A DNA stretch of 61,071 bases, the filler included, from Diploschistes diacapsis (Eukaryota), in assembly GCA_023645945.1 (NCBI GenBank). It is 8 parts of 8 records of this genome, joined end to end, with 100 filler letters (N's around TTAATTAATTAA, not from the genome) between each part and the next. Parts side by side here need not be neighbours in the genome. Positions count along the whole stretch, not along the records: positions 7,687 to 15,271 come from JALAIB010001271.1; positions 15,372 to 22,950 come from JALAIB010001272.1; positions 23,051 to 30,605 come from JALAIB010001273.1; 5 more parts are not named here. One strand, written 5' to 3'. The position numbers were made by a program, and so were the translations under genes. Below the pieces are notes generated by a model that did not search any database, was not told the DNA's origin, and was given only the letters and a program-made list of their open reading frames with translations. This document shows, piece after piece, positions 10,383 to 23,793 of the stretch (the stretch's first letter is position 1; each line of letters starts with the position of its first letter).

Positions 10383-12392
10383 ACTGGCGCAAGCTCGGTG
10401 GCCACGCCCCTTCTGGAGCTTTACACGCAAGCCAGACTGACGGTTAGTAGCTAGCTTTTCTGTTTGGTCCAGATGGGGTGGACGAGAACAGCGAATCGCC
10501 GGGGAAGGGGCGAGGTTGGTTGCTGCCTAAATACATGTAGTTAATGGGGGAAAAGGCATGAGCGTGTCATTTCACACAGAGCTGAGAGCACAGAGACTCA
10601 GAGAGTAATTGGGAAAGGCTAAAGGCTTGGCGGTGCGGCGGAGCGACGGAGCGTCGGAGTCCATCCATCCCGACCTCCGACCTCCGAGCATATCAACTCA
10701 CTCACAACGACCGACTTCTATATAGTTTATTGTCCCAGTACTGGTAGGACTGTTTTTAGCTGTAGATGTTTATGATAAGCATTTGAAGATGAATCTGAGC
10801 AAGCTCGTGGTTGCTTGATACATTCAGCACCTCCAACATATACTTCTGCAATATGCTGTAACGGTATATCAAAATATATACGAAGTCGCTAAGTTCTGGA
10901 AACGCTGCGAGCTTTTCAGCTTTCTTGCGAACTAACCAAATGTATGCAATCCACTGCTTCTTCCCTGTCTGTCCAGCCAGTTGCTTCGAACTGATTGAGG
11001 TTGGATGCCCTCGAACACGGATGTCTGATATCGCGAGTTGCCCGCTCTTGTGTAGCTTTAGCTGGTGCATCAGCACTGATGCTCAGATACACATCTAGTA
11101 TTAGTTCTAACCATGTAAGTGGCATGAACACAGCCTAGAACATTAATGAAAAGCGAACGATAGAGGTGGCCAGCCAGAAAGATCAATATTCGCGATGAAG
11201 CGAGATGCGTGTAAGAAAGAGTGTTTAAGATAGTAGAAGAGGCGGGCTAATACACAGCCGTGCTCGCCAAACGTTAGCGTAATCAAGTCTGTTGCTGGCA
11301 TTCCAGCGCGAAGCTTTTGTAGTGCTCTAAAAATTCGGAACAGTTGACGGCCATGGCAAGAAAAGAACAGGGCTGACACCTGTCCGTCCAACCTCCAAAT
11401 TCAGTCATCTTAGAACAGCGACTTGGGAAACAAATCGATTACTCTCTTTTCTTGATGTTAAAATATCACAGTTCTATAAGTACACCAGAATAGGCGTCAA
11501 CCCACAGTCAAAAAGGCTCTGGAGTGGATGATATCATCCTAAGCATTTTGCGCCGCCAAATCACTGGTGATAGGAAAGTGACAGTACCTATAGGAGTACC
11601 GGGGTACTTGGGAGTTATGAACATAGCAACGATCATGAATAGATCCATAACTTACAAGCTTTCTAAGGAGGACCCGAAGCCTCTCCCGACGATGGTGTGA
11701 CTGACTTCCTTCCATGTCTCGGTAACCTGCGTTGCACGACCGCAGAAACGTGCATCCAAACACACACCATGGACCGCATCAAACATTGCATTGAGAGCCA
11801 ATGTTGCTCCGACATCTGTCCGTCCCTTCCTTTGTCTCTGGTAGGTTGCTCTTTCTTCAGGAAGACTTGCTGGGAGGTAGGTGGTTTCCTTAAGTCTTTG
11901 CAATGCACTCTTTCCCGCTTAAGCGCCGCGTGGTTAAATCATGTATCGTGAGTGTTTGGCTCTTCATTATCGTCCACCATTAGAGGAAGTTCAACGGCGA
12001 GTCATCTGTCTTAGTCACATTTGTTAAGATTCACCTTGCACGGGCTGCTGTGTTTCACGTTACTGGACCGGATCGCCACGGGGATATGTCGGAATAGTTG
12101 AAGGATACGCTGCATGTTGAGGAGACGCGTGTTAGAGCTGCTAGACCCGCCGGTGACAAGGTTTGCAACTGAAATGTACATTGAACAACCATCTCATCGC
12201 CATAAGTGATTCTTGGAGCAGAACTTCAGAAACGGTACAATGAAAACATGTCACCACGTCTAGTGTATGAGATTAAACAACTTCCCATTCCCTGGGAAAG
12301 AGCTCGCTTGAAAACTCTGGAATTTTAGTCAAACCTAGGCTCTGCTTTCGATTCCACCAGCGCCTTGTTCAACGCCCTAGAAAACCACCAAA

Positions 12393-15271
12393 ATGACCGC
12401 TCCATACAACGGTAGCCCCAGCATAACAATGCCATGGCCGGTGAAGGACGTGAGTCAGGATTCTCCAACCTCATAATGTTCGCTGAAATCTAACTAGATC
12501 ATCTACGTGGCAATCATTGGCCCTCTTATGATAGCAGCCTTTGTCGAATGGATCTTGTTCCTCGCTGCATTCGACTACTGCTTGTGGCAGGCTTATCGGA
12601 AAGCAGAGCACCAGTCTACTCGAATATTAACTGTGTTCATTTCGTTTGGTTTCACAGCACTTCGGTGAGTCTCTATAGCTTGCACCGTTTCGCCCATCTA
12701 ATGAACTGGCAGGCTGGTTTTTTTGCCAGTGATGGTCGTCACTCTGCCTCTGCCTCCACAAATCACGCAATACTTTCCTCAGCAACTGGTCTCGTTCCTC
12801 TCCTGGTTCGCGTTCTACACGTTCTCCGCTCTATTGACAATACCATGGCTGTGCTGCATCTTTGTGTTGATTACACACAGCGTTGGGCGAGAAACGCGAG
12901 CCAAGTTCTTGCTCCAAGAGTCATCGACACCAAAAGTTGCGGTAGTAATGCCCTGTTACAACGAAGAGCCAGAAGTTCTATTGACTGCAATCAAATCGGT
13001 TGTGGATTGCGACTACCCACCATCCTGCATACACATCTTTCTATCCTTTGATGGCGATCAGGTGAACAATCTCTATCTCCAAACACTTGAGAACCTAGGA
13101 GTACCTCTGCCATTGGAAAAGTATCCAAACAGCCTTGACCTCAGTTACCATGCTGCTCGGATTACGGTTTCGCGGTTTCCGCACGGCGGCAAGCGCAAGT
13201 GTCAGAAGTCCACATACAAGCTGATTGATAGGATCTACGCTGCATATCTGAAGCGTAATGATGACATGTTTGTCTTGTTCATAGACTCCGACTGCATCTT
13301 GGACAAACTATGTATCCAGAATTTCATGTACGAAATGCAACTCAAGCCTGGGTCTAAGCGGAACATGCTGGCAATGACGGGTGTCATTACTTCTACCACC
13401 AAACACAACTCCCTGATCACCATTCTTCAGGACATGGAGTACATCCATGGTCAGCTCTTCGAGCGGTCGGTCGAGTCTGGATGCGGAGCAGTAACCTGCT
13501 TGCCTGGAGCATTGACGATGCTTCGGTTCTCCGCCTTTCGCAAAATGGCTAAATACTACTTCGCCGACAAAGCAGAGCAGTGTCAAGATTTCTTTGATTA
13601 CGGAAAGTGCCACCTCGGAGAAGATCGCTGGCTGACGCACTTGTTCATGGTTGGCGCCAAGAAGCGCTATCAGATCCAGATGTGCACCAGCGCATTCTGT
13701 AAAACCGAAGCCGTCCAGACATACAAGAGCCTCCTGAAGCAGCGCCGCCGCTGGTTTCTCGGCTACATCACGAACGAAGCCTCCATGCTAACAGACCTCC
13801 GGCTGTGGAAGAAATACCCCCTGCTCTGCCTCGTGCGCTTCATGCAGAACACCATCCGCACCACCGCCCTCCTCTTCTTCATCATGATCCTCTCCCTCCT
13901 CACAACCGAACAATCCATCTCCAACCTGCCCGTCGGCTTCATCGCCGTCTCCCTCGGCCTCAATTGGCTCCTCATGCTCTACTTCGGCGCCAAGCTCCGC
14001 CGCTACAAGATCTGGCTCTACCCCCTCATGTTCGTCATCAACCCCTTCTTCAACTGGTGCTACATGATCTACGGCATCTTCACCGCCGGCCAGCGCACCT
14101 GGGGCGGGCCCCGCGCGGACGCCGCCACGGCAGACGAGCAGACCAGCCCCGAAGAAGCCATCGAGGCAGCCAAGGCCGCGGGCGACGACCTCAACATCGT
14201 CCCCGAATCCTTTAAGCCCGCCGTCGAGGCCCGCCATCCCTACCGCTACGTCAGCGAGGCCCCGCTGCACCCGTCCGACCGCATAGACGGCCGCTTCGCC
14301 GCCGCCGAGGAGCTGCCTGGCGGATGGTACTACCAGCCCAACGACTCGGGCCTTACGCTGCCCAACACGATGCCGCGCACGATACGCATGCCCCTGTTGG
14401 GCGGAGGAGCCGAGTCGCGCGCCTCGCTGCGGTCGGACGCGACCCGTGACTCATTAGCGTATTCGCAGTACATGCCGCAGCCGCTGGCGAGCATCATGTC
14501 GGACGAGGACCAGCGGAAATGGCACTTCGCCCAGCGGGCGTCACGGGGCTCGAGCGGTGTGTTCGAGCAGGACCGCGTGTCTGGGGCAGGGGCAGGGGAT
14601 GGGGAAGAGCACGGCTACGCGAATGGGTATGGGAGAGCGTACGAGATTATGGGTGATGAAAGCCTGCCGGGAAGGAGCAGTAGTAGGCCTGATGAGGCTA
14701 TGCAGCGGATGATTACACAGGGCGACCGGGGGCAAGATGGAGAGGAAGAGGAAAGGGGGGAGGAGGGAGAAGGCGATATTGCAGACGAGCACAACCCTTT
14801 CCAGCACCAAGACCTGCAACACTCCAGCGCTTCTTCGCCATCGAGCTCCATCATCCACCACATGTCCACCGCAGCTTCTGGTCCCAACCGCGGCTCTATC
14901 GCTGCCCCGCCCCTTGATCGGGATCCAGGTCCAGCTCTGCGGCGCCAATGGTCCTTCGACCCCTCTAATAGCGATGACGACGACAACGAGGACGATGAGG
15001 GCAATCGTCGCTCACCTCGCCTGGTGCGCCAGTGGAGCTGGGAAGCGGCCGATGACGACCGTGTCGAATATCGCGCCGGACTCTATCGTGCTAGCGCGGC
15101 TACTGCGGCTGCGGGGGGCACTAGTGACGAGCAGCAGCGGGTAGAATTGGGATACGAGGCGGGCGACGAACACGAGGAGGCGGGGCTGGAGATGGAGCTG
15201 TACGCGCAGACGCGCTCGACGACGCCGGGGAGTATGGTGCCGCTTATGGCGGAGAGAGGGCGGGTGGGAAG
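12393..15271 (+). CDS. Chitin synthase (GT2), ChsD-like divergent class; 3' end truncated at contig end
   Basis: Motifs PCYNE, FIDSD, LQDMEY, VTCLPG, LGEDRWLT and QRRRW; N-terminal TM exons with introns ~12450-12498 and ~12665-12712; no myosin or cytochrome-b5 domain. Confidence 0.9.
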
Positions 15272-15371
15272 NNNNNNNNNNNNNNNNNNNNNNNNNNNNN
15301 NNNNNNNNNNNNNNNTTAATTAATTAANNNNNNNNNNNNNNNNNNNNNNNNNNNNNNNNNNNNNNNNNNNN
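15272..15371. other. Artificial contig linker
   Basis: N44-TTAATTAATTAA-N44. Confidence 0.98.
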
Positions 15372-15375
15372 CCCC

Positions 15376-16542
15376 TCAAGACCTCACCGTCTCCCCCTCA
15401 CTATCACTCAAACTATCCCTCCTCCCGACTCCACCCCTTCTGAACCCACCCGCAGGCGCCGCAGGACCCTTGCTCAAGCCCGGAATCGGATGGAAATAAG
15501 CCTTCGTGTTCCGACTCTGCTCGGTCTGGCTATCGTACCTGCTCTCGAAATCCAGCGGTTCCGTGTAAGAACCGGGCACGCTAGCCCTAGACGAGTAGCG
15601 ATTGTGGTTGCCGTGGCTGTTGTGAGCGGCGGCAGCGTGGTTGTTGTGCAGCCCCTTGGTCGGCGACGGCTGGCGCGAGTGGCGGGGAGAAGAGGTGTTG
15701 GAGTGACGGCTGCACCCGGGCTGCTGCGCCGACGCGCGGAGCGGGCGGTGCGAGTCGTCGGACGCGACCGAGAATCTGCTCTCCGTGCCGGCCGTATACG
15801 AGAACTGCCTGGCGCTGGGCTTGTTGTGGGTGATGGTGGGCTCGGCGGCCTGACGGCTAGGTTTCTGGAGCGGGGCGTGAGATCCCGCGTCGGAGACGGA
15901 GGGCGCGGTGTTGGTCCATTCATGGTAGGAGCCTTCGGCTTCGCGGTTCAGGCCGCCGACCTTGGCCACCTTCTCATGCCGGTACGCGCGGACGTCCTTG
16001 TCTTGCTTGTTCTTCTTGTGGCTTCTGTTCTTCTGATCTCCCGTGGCCCCGGTCGTTTTCTTGCCCCGGTTGTTGTTTGAGGTGGGGAGATAGCCGCCCC
16101 TGATTCCGCCCTTTTTATCGCTGAACTCGGACATGCTCCCTTGCGAACCGACGATGCTGCCGTCACCGAGCTTGGTGGATCTTGTGGCGTTGGAAAGTGT
16201 GGTGCCATTCGGTCCCTTGCGTCGGAGAACAGTGGACTTGTACTCCGACCAATCGTTCTTGCGCCATCGAAATCCACCGTTCTTGGCCCAGAAGAAGAAC
16301 CAAATGGAAGCTATCACGAAGCCAGCACCTAGTAGCCCGAAGAGGGCGAGTATACCGCTATTGCTAATAGAGGTCGGAGCCACGGCGCCGCTGCCGGGCT
16401 GATAGCTGGCGGTGTTAGCGGCATCGCGGGCGTGGAGGAGACGAGAGAGTTCGAAGGGCGAGGAAGGTAGATTCGTTGATGAGCGTTTCTTGGGAGGATG
16501 GAGGTCGAGATAGACGAGAGAGGACTTGGGAAGAGGTGCCAT
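15376..16542 (-). CDS. Conserved fungal single-TM protein with a long disordered cytosolic tail
   Basis: 388-aa intact ORF; TM GILALFGLLGAGFVIASIWFFFW followed by KNGGFRWRKNDWSEYKSTVLRRKGPNG and YRHEKVAKVGGLN. Confidence 0.75.
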   Translation of the reverse strand: MAPLPKSSLVYLDLHPPKKRSSTNLPSSPFELSRLLHARDAANTASYQPGSGAVAPTSISNSGILALFGLLGAGFVIASIWFFFWAKNGGFRWRKNDWSEYKSTVLRRKGPNGTTLSNATRSTKLGDGSIVGSQGSMSEFSDKKGGIRGGYLPTSNNNRGKKTTGATGDQKNRSHKKNKQDKDVRAYRHEKVAKVGGLNREAEGSYHEWTNTAPSVSDAGSHAPLQKPSRQAAEPTITHNKPSARQFSYTAGTESRFSVASDDSHRPLRASAQQPGCSRHSNTSSPRHSRQPSPTKGLHNNHAAAAHNSHGNHNRYSSRASVPGSYTEPLDFESRYDSQTEQSRNTKAYFHPIPGLSKGPAAPAGGFRRGGVGRRDSLSDSEGETVRS

Positions 16543-17324
16543 AGTTGTAGTTGATGAAGCTCGAGAGCCCTGGGCTCAAGAGCGGAAGATTGAGATGCTT
16601 TCAAAATGGGCGGGATCGGTCTAGTTGACTTGTAGAATGCTGTGACCCTCAGAATAACCTTGTACTTTTGGAGTTGAAGTTGATGAAAGCCTGTAGTTGC
16701 TCTCTCTGAATATCTTTGTGATTGAGGCTTGTAAATAATTCGTGAGGCTGGTGGAGGCGGGAGGTTATGACGAATTTGTTTACTTCGCCAAATTACGCCG
16801 GGGCAACCAACCGTTGTCCACTGGGCATTCTCAACTGCCAAGGCACCGAAAATGGTAACTTGACAACCCTCCCCCTATCTCGAACAGGCGGTCGTCTCCA
16901 TTGTACATAGCCCGCTTTTATGAAATCTCGAGTAGAGACTATCTGTGGGAGGTAGTAATCAGCGTGAATTTTGACTTGCGTATCGTCAATCTGCACTGGC
17001 AACTGATGGCAACAAATAGCACGCGAACCTCTACCGGTCCTGATACCTGTTTGTATGACCGGAGATCAGTACCAAGAAGCACAGTCTGTGTCAGCACACA
17101 AGCAATCACTTTTGGAGAAATACACTTACAGAGTTTGAATACAATGAGATTACTTTGTTTTGAATCACAGCTCGCTACCAGCGGCTCCGAGATGGGAGAT
17201 GACGACCAACCCGACACCATGCCCAACGCCCAATAATGCCATATCCACAGAAAACACTGTTCCCAACGCCTACTAATGCCTTGCATCTATGGCTACAACA
17301 AACACAACCCCTTCCCTTAAGCAA

Positions 17325-19771
17325 CTATCTCCCCTGCTTTCCCGCCTTCTCAATCACAATCTCCGCCTTACTCTCCTCTCCCTTCCTCACCTTAAGCGAC
17401 TCCTCCTCCACACCATCCCCCGCGTCCTCCTCTTCACCCGCCCTCGCCGCAGACTCCTCCTGCTCCGTCGGCGGGCCCAGATACTTCTTGTCCGGCGCCT
17501 CCGTCGGCTCGGCCCCGCTCATCTGCCACTCCATGAGCTTCGTGAAGGCGCCGTCTTGGCGGCTGGAGAGCTCGCGGTAGGTGCCCTGCTCCGCGACGCG
17601 GCCGTCGGGCGAGAGCACGATGATCTGGTCCGAGCGCTTGATGGTCGAGAGGCGGTGCGCGATGGAGATGGTGGTGTTGTTGCTGTGCAGCAGGGCCGCG
17701 AGGGCGGAGTTTACGAGGGTTTCGGACTCGGCGTCCAGGGCGGACGTTGCTGGAATCAAGTCAGTTGTGCTGTGTACTAAAGGGATAAGCGACGTAGCTT
17801 ACCTTCGTCCAGGATCAAGATGTCGGGATTCTTGATCAGAGCCCTTGCAATGGCAATTCTCTGCTTTTGGCCACCGGAGAGCTGCGCGCCTCTTGGACCC
17901 GCATTCGTATCTAGACCGTCGGGAAAATCGGCGATGAAGTTGCAATTGGCCTTCCGTGCAGCCATGTTGATTTCTGCTCGCGTCGCCCCTGGTTTCCCAT
18001 AGGCGATGTTCTCGGCAATTGTCCCCGAAAAGAGAACAGGCTCTTGCCCAACGAACCCAATCTTCCTACGCAGAGACTTGGCATTCATGGAAGCAATGTC
18101 AACACCATTGATCTTGATTGTGCCTTCGCTAGGTGAATAGAACCGTAATAGGAGAGAGCCGATCGTAGACTTTCCACCTCCGGACGGGCCCACAATGGCG
18201 ACATTCGTGCCCTGCGCAACCTCAAAACTGAGGTCCTTGAAAATTGTGACGGCCGGCCGAGTGGGATAGCTGAACGTCACGTTCTCAAACTTGATGGGCC
18301 CTCTGGCTGACTTGACGGGCACACCCCTAGTCGGCGATATTGTCGGGTTGCGGTCCTGAAGCTCGAACAACCGACTCGCGGCACCGACGCCCTTCATCAA
18401 CTCGGAATAGAACGCAGAGAGACCGAAGAGACTCGAGCCGGCGTAAGCGGTGTACATCAGGAAAGAAGTCAAGTCCCCGATACTGATAGCGCCAGACTTG
18501 ACCATCCCTCCACCGACATACAGGAGCGCCAGTATCGTCATGTTTCCCATCATACCAGATGCGCTAAAGAAGGTTGCGCTTATCCAAGCCTCTCTCCTGC
18601 CGAGGAAGAAAAGTTGCTTGACCTGCTTGTTGTACCTTGAAACTTCCAATACCTCCCCCGCAAACGCCTGGCTGGTCCGCACATTTCCGAGTCTCTCTTC
18701 CGCGATTTTCGTAAGTGTGCCCAGGTTTTTCTGTATCTTTCTGCTCAGGTTTCTGATCGCTCGACCGTAAAAGAACGCTCCAATAGCGATCGGCGGAAAC
18801 ATTAATCCCAAGATTCCGGTGAGGTTGATGCTCGTCCACGCCATCAGACCCAGTCCCGCACCGCCGCTGACGAACGAGCGCAAGCCATCGGACAGATTCT
18901 GAGTAATGCTCTTTCCCACGATGATCGTATCCGAGCTCAACCGTGATATCAAATCCCCAACTCTGTTCGCGTCGAAGAACTCCGCATCTTGGATCATTGT
19001 CCTCCGAAACAGTTGCGACCGCAACCGCGTGACGATCCTCTCGCCCACTATCCGCAGGATTATGATGCGCCCATAGTTCGCCACGGCACCAAAAGCCAAT
19101 ATTGCTCCAAGCCCCAAGTAGAACGTCGATGGAGCAAACCCAAAGATCTGATCTCCACTCTCTGCGTTGGTCGCCACGTCGAGGATCTTGCCTATCGAGA
19201 ACGGCACTGCCATTGTGATCGAGGAAGAAAGCAACAAGAGCACGAGGGCAACCCCAAGCACTTTTGCTTCCGGCCGCGCGATCTTGATGAGCCGCCATAC
19301 CTCCCCAAACCCTGCGGACTGGGGTTGAGATTTTCCATCTTTGGAAAGGCGTGCACTGAGGTTGACCTGGGCGGCCTGCGATGCGCGCTCGGATTTGGCG
19401 AAGTCGGAGCCTTCATCGTTCTCCCGCTCGAGATCTTCTTCGAGATCCTCTTCTGTTCTGTAGGCTTTGGCAGGGGCTGTGGTGGCAGCTTCTTGTCTGA
19501 TGGTGCTGGTGGTGGAGACTCGGCGGAAGGATGCTGTAAGAACTAGTTTGGATATTGAAGACGATGAGGGGCGGGAGAGAATGGAAGGCTGTGCGGAGCT
19601 TGTTAAGCTCAGAGAAGGTAATGGTGGTTTAAGGGCATTGCTATGATGTGCAAATGCTCGTAGGCTCCTCGGTTGCATGGAGGCAGCAGCTCCTAGACTT
19701 TGCGCCGGAAGCTGCACCGGCCGCGTTGAAGCTCTCCATATATGGCGACAAAGCAGCTCTGAGCTGTGCAT
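17325..19771 (-). CDS. MDL1: Mitochondrial half-size ABC transporter (ABCB10/Mdl1-like)
   Basis: Arg/Ser-rich presequence, ABC TM domain, Walker A GPSGGGKST, signature LSGGQKQR, Walker B ILILDE|ATSALD across intron 17750-17802, H-loop IAHRLST. Confidence 0.9.
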
Positions 19772-20442
19772 GCTGCTGGAACAGCAAAAATGGTCGAGGC
19801 CTTAGCGAAGGCCAGTACAAGTACGGAGCCGCGTGGTCATCTTATGGCCTGGTTGAAAAGAATGAAGCTCATAGATTCGGAGCGCGAATCTATATGACGT
19901 GCCTAATATCTCGGAGATAATATAAAGCTCCCGACAGGGGAACAGTTCTGTCAGAGTCACTGAACTTCCGCTTACGGATAGATGGGATCAGATCTACCTA
20001 GGTACGGATGGATGGGTTGCGCTCGTTGGGCAGATGCATTTCATCTACGAATGGGTTTCCTTTATCAGGCTGTTCTGGCTATAATGGGCCATGGTCACTA
20101 CGAGTTAGGTAATAATAATTCGGTGTACGTATAGTCTACATGAAGACACGTTTCAGTATGTATTTTGCACTCATTACCACTTGGGTAGCGCCCATAAAGG
20201 CATGTCATTGTTCTAAAAGGAAATGCACACTTTCAAAAGGAACCATTCTTGAACATTCAAATGATTAACTAGTTTGCATACGCCACTCTGAGCATCTTCA
20301 ACACATAGAATCCATTGTACACATCTCAGTCTCGCAGGTATCAACACATTGACCACTGAGTAGACGCCCCTCATCCGTTACCAACCTTGACCTGCCGCAA
20401 AACGCCTGGCTCAAAGTGTTGTACCATATCATAGATCAGGCG

Positions 20443-22164
20443 TCAAGCATCAACTTGGATTTCACCGTTTGGATGACCGTTCACCTCGCTGTGGTGATCT
20501 GCTTCCAATCGTAACTCATAAGCCATGTCAAAGCACTCTGCAAGAAGTGCGTTGACGCTGCCTTGGCCTTCTGGTATGTCTCGTCCGACCATGAACTTCC
20601 CATCGACGCGCATGTTGTCGATCGAGTTCAGCTGCAAGGTACATCAGTCAAGAGCTGGTATTCACCCGTGCAACGTACCTTCATGCTGTACGGGTACAGC
20701 TCCCTTGGCGAAGAGACACCCCCAGCCTTTTTCACCTCGGTTAAGCAGCGACGCAGGGTCTGAAGCTGGTTGTAGATTGGTAGTAGAGCCTCGGACACCG
20801 GCTCGGAGGAAACAATGAGACCCCAAATGCAGGCGTAGCTCCTTCTGATGAGATACAGCAGCGTCTGCAGCAGATCAGCCTTGTGCTTGTACGGCAAACA
20901 ATGCAGGCTTACCCTTTGCGCGTGAAGATCAGCAGGCTTTCCCTCTGCATCAAGAAAGTTGCCGTCGACGCGAGATTCATCGAAGCGATCAAGCTGCCTT
21001 TGGTAACTGAAAAGATCCGTCTCGCGAAGCGACCAGGCTTGAGTAAGCTCCAACTTCTCTAGCTGATTTCGTATGTCTCGTAACCTGTCGTATATGTGAC
21101 CGAAACGCTCGTCGATTACACCACGCCTGAAGTATGATTATAAACAAGGCTTCATCAACGTGCTAGGCGGCAACATACCTCTCCAGCACAATCTCTGCCC
21201 ATTTTAGGCATCGCTGCAGTAGCGCAACCACGGCATCCTGATTCTCCGGCACCGTCCCGTCCTCGGATACAAATTTACCGTCTCTCATCGTGGCTTGCAT
21301 CTTGAACAAGTCTTCTTGAAAGCCTTTGACCTCGGCCTCGGGAAACTGATTCCGATCAGTAACACTCAACATTTTGATTAGATGGCCACCAACAGTGCTT
21401 CGGGTATTAGCTGCGGCCATGGACCTCAATATTGACACGAGTTTCTCATATTGAGGACTCAATGCCTCGCAAAGCTTCGGAATCGAAGCTATGAGCTCAT
21501 TGAGAGTCTGCTGGCAGACGTCGAGACGGTTCGAAAGGAGTGTTATAAGATGCGGCGAGTATGTCTCCTGGCCCCTTCTCAAGCTCTCCCTCATATGGTC
21601 GATCTTTTTGTCCAAGCCGCCAAGATCTTTTGCAGAGTAGAAGCCAGCCTCTTTCAGGTGATCAAGTAGCCGCTGTTCGAGGTTTAGGCTAGAAGTATAA
21701 AGTAATATGCTCGGTGTACCTTTAGCGTAGATGACATGGCATACCTGCACCGGGCTGTAAGTGTCATGCTATGGAGGATGTTGCATGGAGAGACATACAG
21801 CGCGGGAGCTTCATGGTTCCGCCCAATGGTCATGAAGGAGAGGGAAATGAGCTGAAAGCAGTCCTCAAGAACAGTGTCGACTGTACCGCTGCATTAGCCT
21901 CTGGTCTTTTGTTCGCTGATCCTGTGATGCAATTCGCCCACCTCGATTCTGCTCCAGAGGCTTGCCATGTTTTTCGCGTACATTATTCAGCGTATGGACC
22001 TGATCTATTAGAGCCTTGTATAACTCAATCACATCCTCGGATCTTATGTAGGTCGAGCGATCTTGTTTAAGTAGTGAGAGCTCGTCGCGAAGATGGAGGA
22101 GATGATCGAGAATGTCCTGTTCCTGAGGATCCAGGGGCATATGAATAGCGGGCGAGTCGGTCAT
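20443..22164 (-). CDS. UPF0662 / YPL260W (Cub1)-like protein, multi-exon
   Basis: Exons read LRDELSLLKQDRSTYIRS, MTIGRNHEAPA|YAMSSTLK|RLLDHLKE, TQAWSLRETDLFSYQ, EPVSEALLPIYNQLQTLRRCL, RELYPYSMK|LNSIDNMRVDGKF; canonical GT-AG introns. Confidence 0.8.
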
Positions 22165-22548
22165 GGCAGCGGAATGTTCAGTAGTTGTTGATCAAAAGCG
22201 CATCGTACGAGTACGTTTAGACTATGACAATCGGGTTGTTTCATCTATGATATGCCAAAGAATGCTCGAGAAAAACATGGGGGGGGGATCTTCACAAATA
22301 TGCCCGTTCTATGGCATGGCCAGGCCTCGCGGGAGAGATTGCTGAGAAATGGCATGGCGGGGCCGAACTATAACCCCCCCCAAAAAAGAGTCGCCCAAAA
22401 TAAACTCGCTAGCGAAACCCTGCAAGGCGGAACCAGCACACACAGCCAACCTGATCCAGATTCCTTCAATTCGACATCACAACCCATCGTCAATCACAGC
22501 TCATCACCCTAAAACCCCCAAGTTAGTCCAAGGAAGACATCTGCCACC

Positions 22549-22950
22549 ATGTCCACCGCCGAGCTCGCCTGCTCCTACGCCGCGCTCATCCTGGCGGATG
22601 AAGACGTCGAAATAACCGTACATCCTCTCCCCTCTCCCACCCAAGAAAAAGGAACAACAATCACCGCAAAAACCAGCCAAGCTAACGAATCTACGTACGT
22701 GCATACAGGCCGACAAGCTCCAAACCATCATCAAAGCCGCCAACGTCAGCGACGTCGAGCCCATCTGGACTTCCCTCTACGCCAAGGTAAATCCGGGACC
22801 GGTCTAACACCAACAGAAACAACGGAGATCTAACTTTCCCGGGCGGGACACAGGCTCTGGACGGCAAGAACGTTAAGGACATCCTGACGAACGTCGGGTC
22901 GGGCGGGGGTGCCGCAGCGGCCGCGCCCACGGGCGGTGCGGGTGGTGGAG
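22549..22950 (+). CDS. RPP1: 60S acidic ribosomal protein P1 (3' truncated)
   Basis: [74 protein letters not shown] with two introns. Confidence 0.93.
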
Positions 22951-23050
22951 NNNNNNNNNNNNNNNNNNNNNNNNNNNNNNNNNNNNNNNNNNNNTTAATT
23001 AATTAANNNNNNNNNNNNNNNNNNNNNNNNNNNNNNNNNNNNNNNNNNNN
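22951..23050. other. Artificial contig linker
   Basis: N44-TTAATTAATTAA-N44. Confidence 0.98.
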
Positions 23051-23079
23051 CCCTTCAACCCAGCCACCTGCCTCTCGAA

Positions 23080-23793
23080 ATGCCGCCGGGCCCCTCCGAC
23101 TCGGACGCCCAATCCCACCAAGCCCTCCTGGACTCCCTCGATGTCGCGCCCGCGGCCCGCCCCTTCCGCAACCCCCATTGGAAGCCCTCGCAGCGCCGCA
23201 ACAAAAACGTCAAGCAGATCATCGGCGAAGCCGCCCGCCGCGAGGTCTCGACGCTGGCGACGCAAAACAACAGCGGCACCACGACGCCCGTCCCGCCGCC
23301 ACCGCCCCAGCAGCAACACGCGCTCGGCTCCGCTACGCCGTCCGCAGCAGCGGGGGATGGCAGGAACACAAACATAGCGCAGGCAGCGCAGAGCCTGGGC
23401 TCGCTGGTGGTGCTGGAGAAGAATCTACAGACGGGCGGAGCGGCGGGCGCGGACGGGCGGTTGATGCCGGGATCGGCGACGCTGATTACTGCTGCTGGAG
23501 GAGGAGGAGGAGGAGGTGCTGCTGCTGCTGCTGCTGGAAGTGGGGTGGCCGCATCGGCTACCGCCGGAGGAGGGCCGGTGGCTACGTACACGAACATCGA
23601 GAGCGCGCCGAGTCTGCACCCCGCGCACCAGAAGCCCTACTGCGATATCACGGGCTTGCCGGCGCCGTACAGGGATCCGAAGACGAGGCTGAGGTATCAT
23701 AATCGGGAGGTGTTTGCTATGATCCGCACGCTGCCGCAGGGGGTGGCGGAGCAGTATCTGGCGGCTAGGGGGGCGCACGTTGTTTTGAAGTAA
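23080..23793 (+). CDS. IES6: INO80 complex subunit Ies6 (YL1 C-terminal domain)
   Basis: PFRNPHWKPSQRRNKNVKQI and C-terminal TYTNIESAPSL..KPYCDITGLPAPYRDPKTRLRYHNREVF..YLAARGAHVVLK. Confidence 0.9.
   Translation: MPPGPSDSDAQSHQALLDSLDVAPAARPFRNPHWKPSQRRNKNVKQIIGEAARREVSTLATQNNSGTTTPVPPPPPQQQHALGSATPSAAAGDGRNTNIAQAAQSLGSLVVLEKNLQTGGAAGADGRLMPGSATLITAAGGGGGGGAAAAAAGSGVAASATAGGGPVATYTNIESAPSLHPAHQKPYCDITGLPAPYRDPKTRLRYHNREVFAMIRTLPQGVAEQYLAARGAHVVLK

Noticed and set aside
10756..11950. Series of short minus-strand ORFs between the membrane-protein gene and the chitin synthase
   Set aside because: Could be an eroded gene, but no family could be recognised
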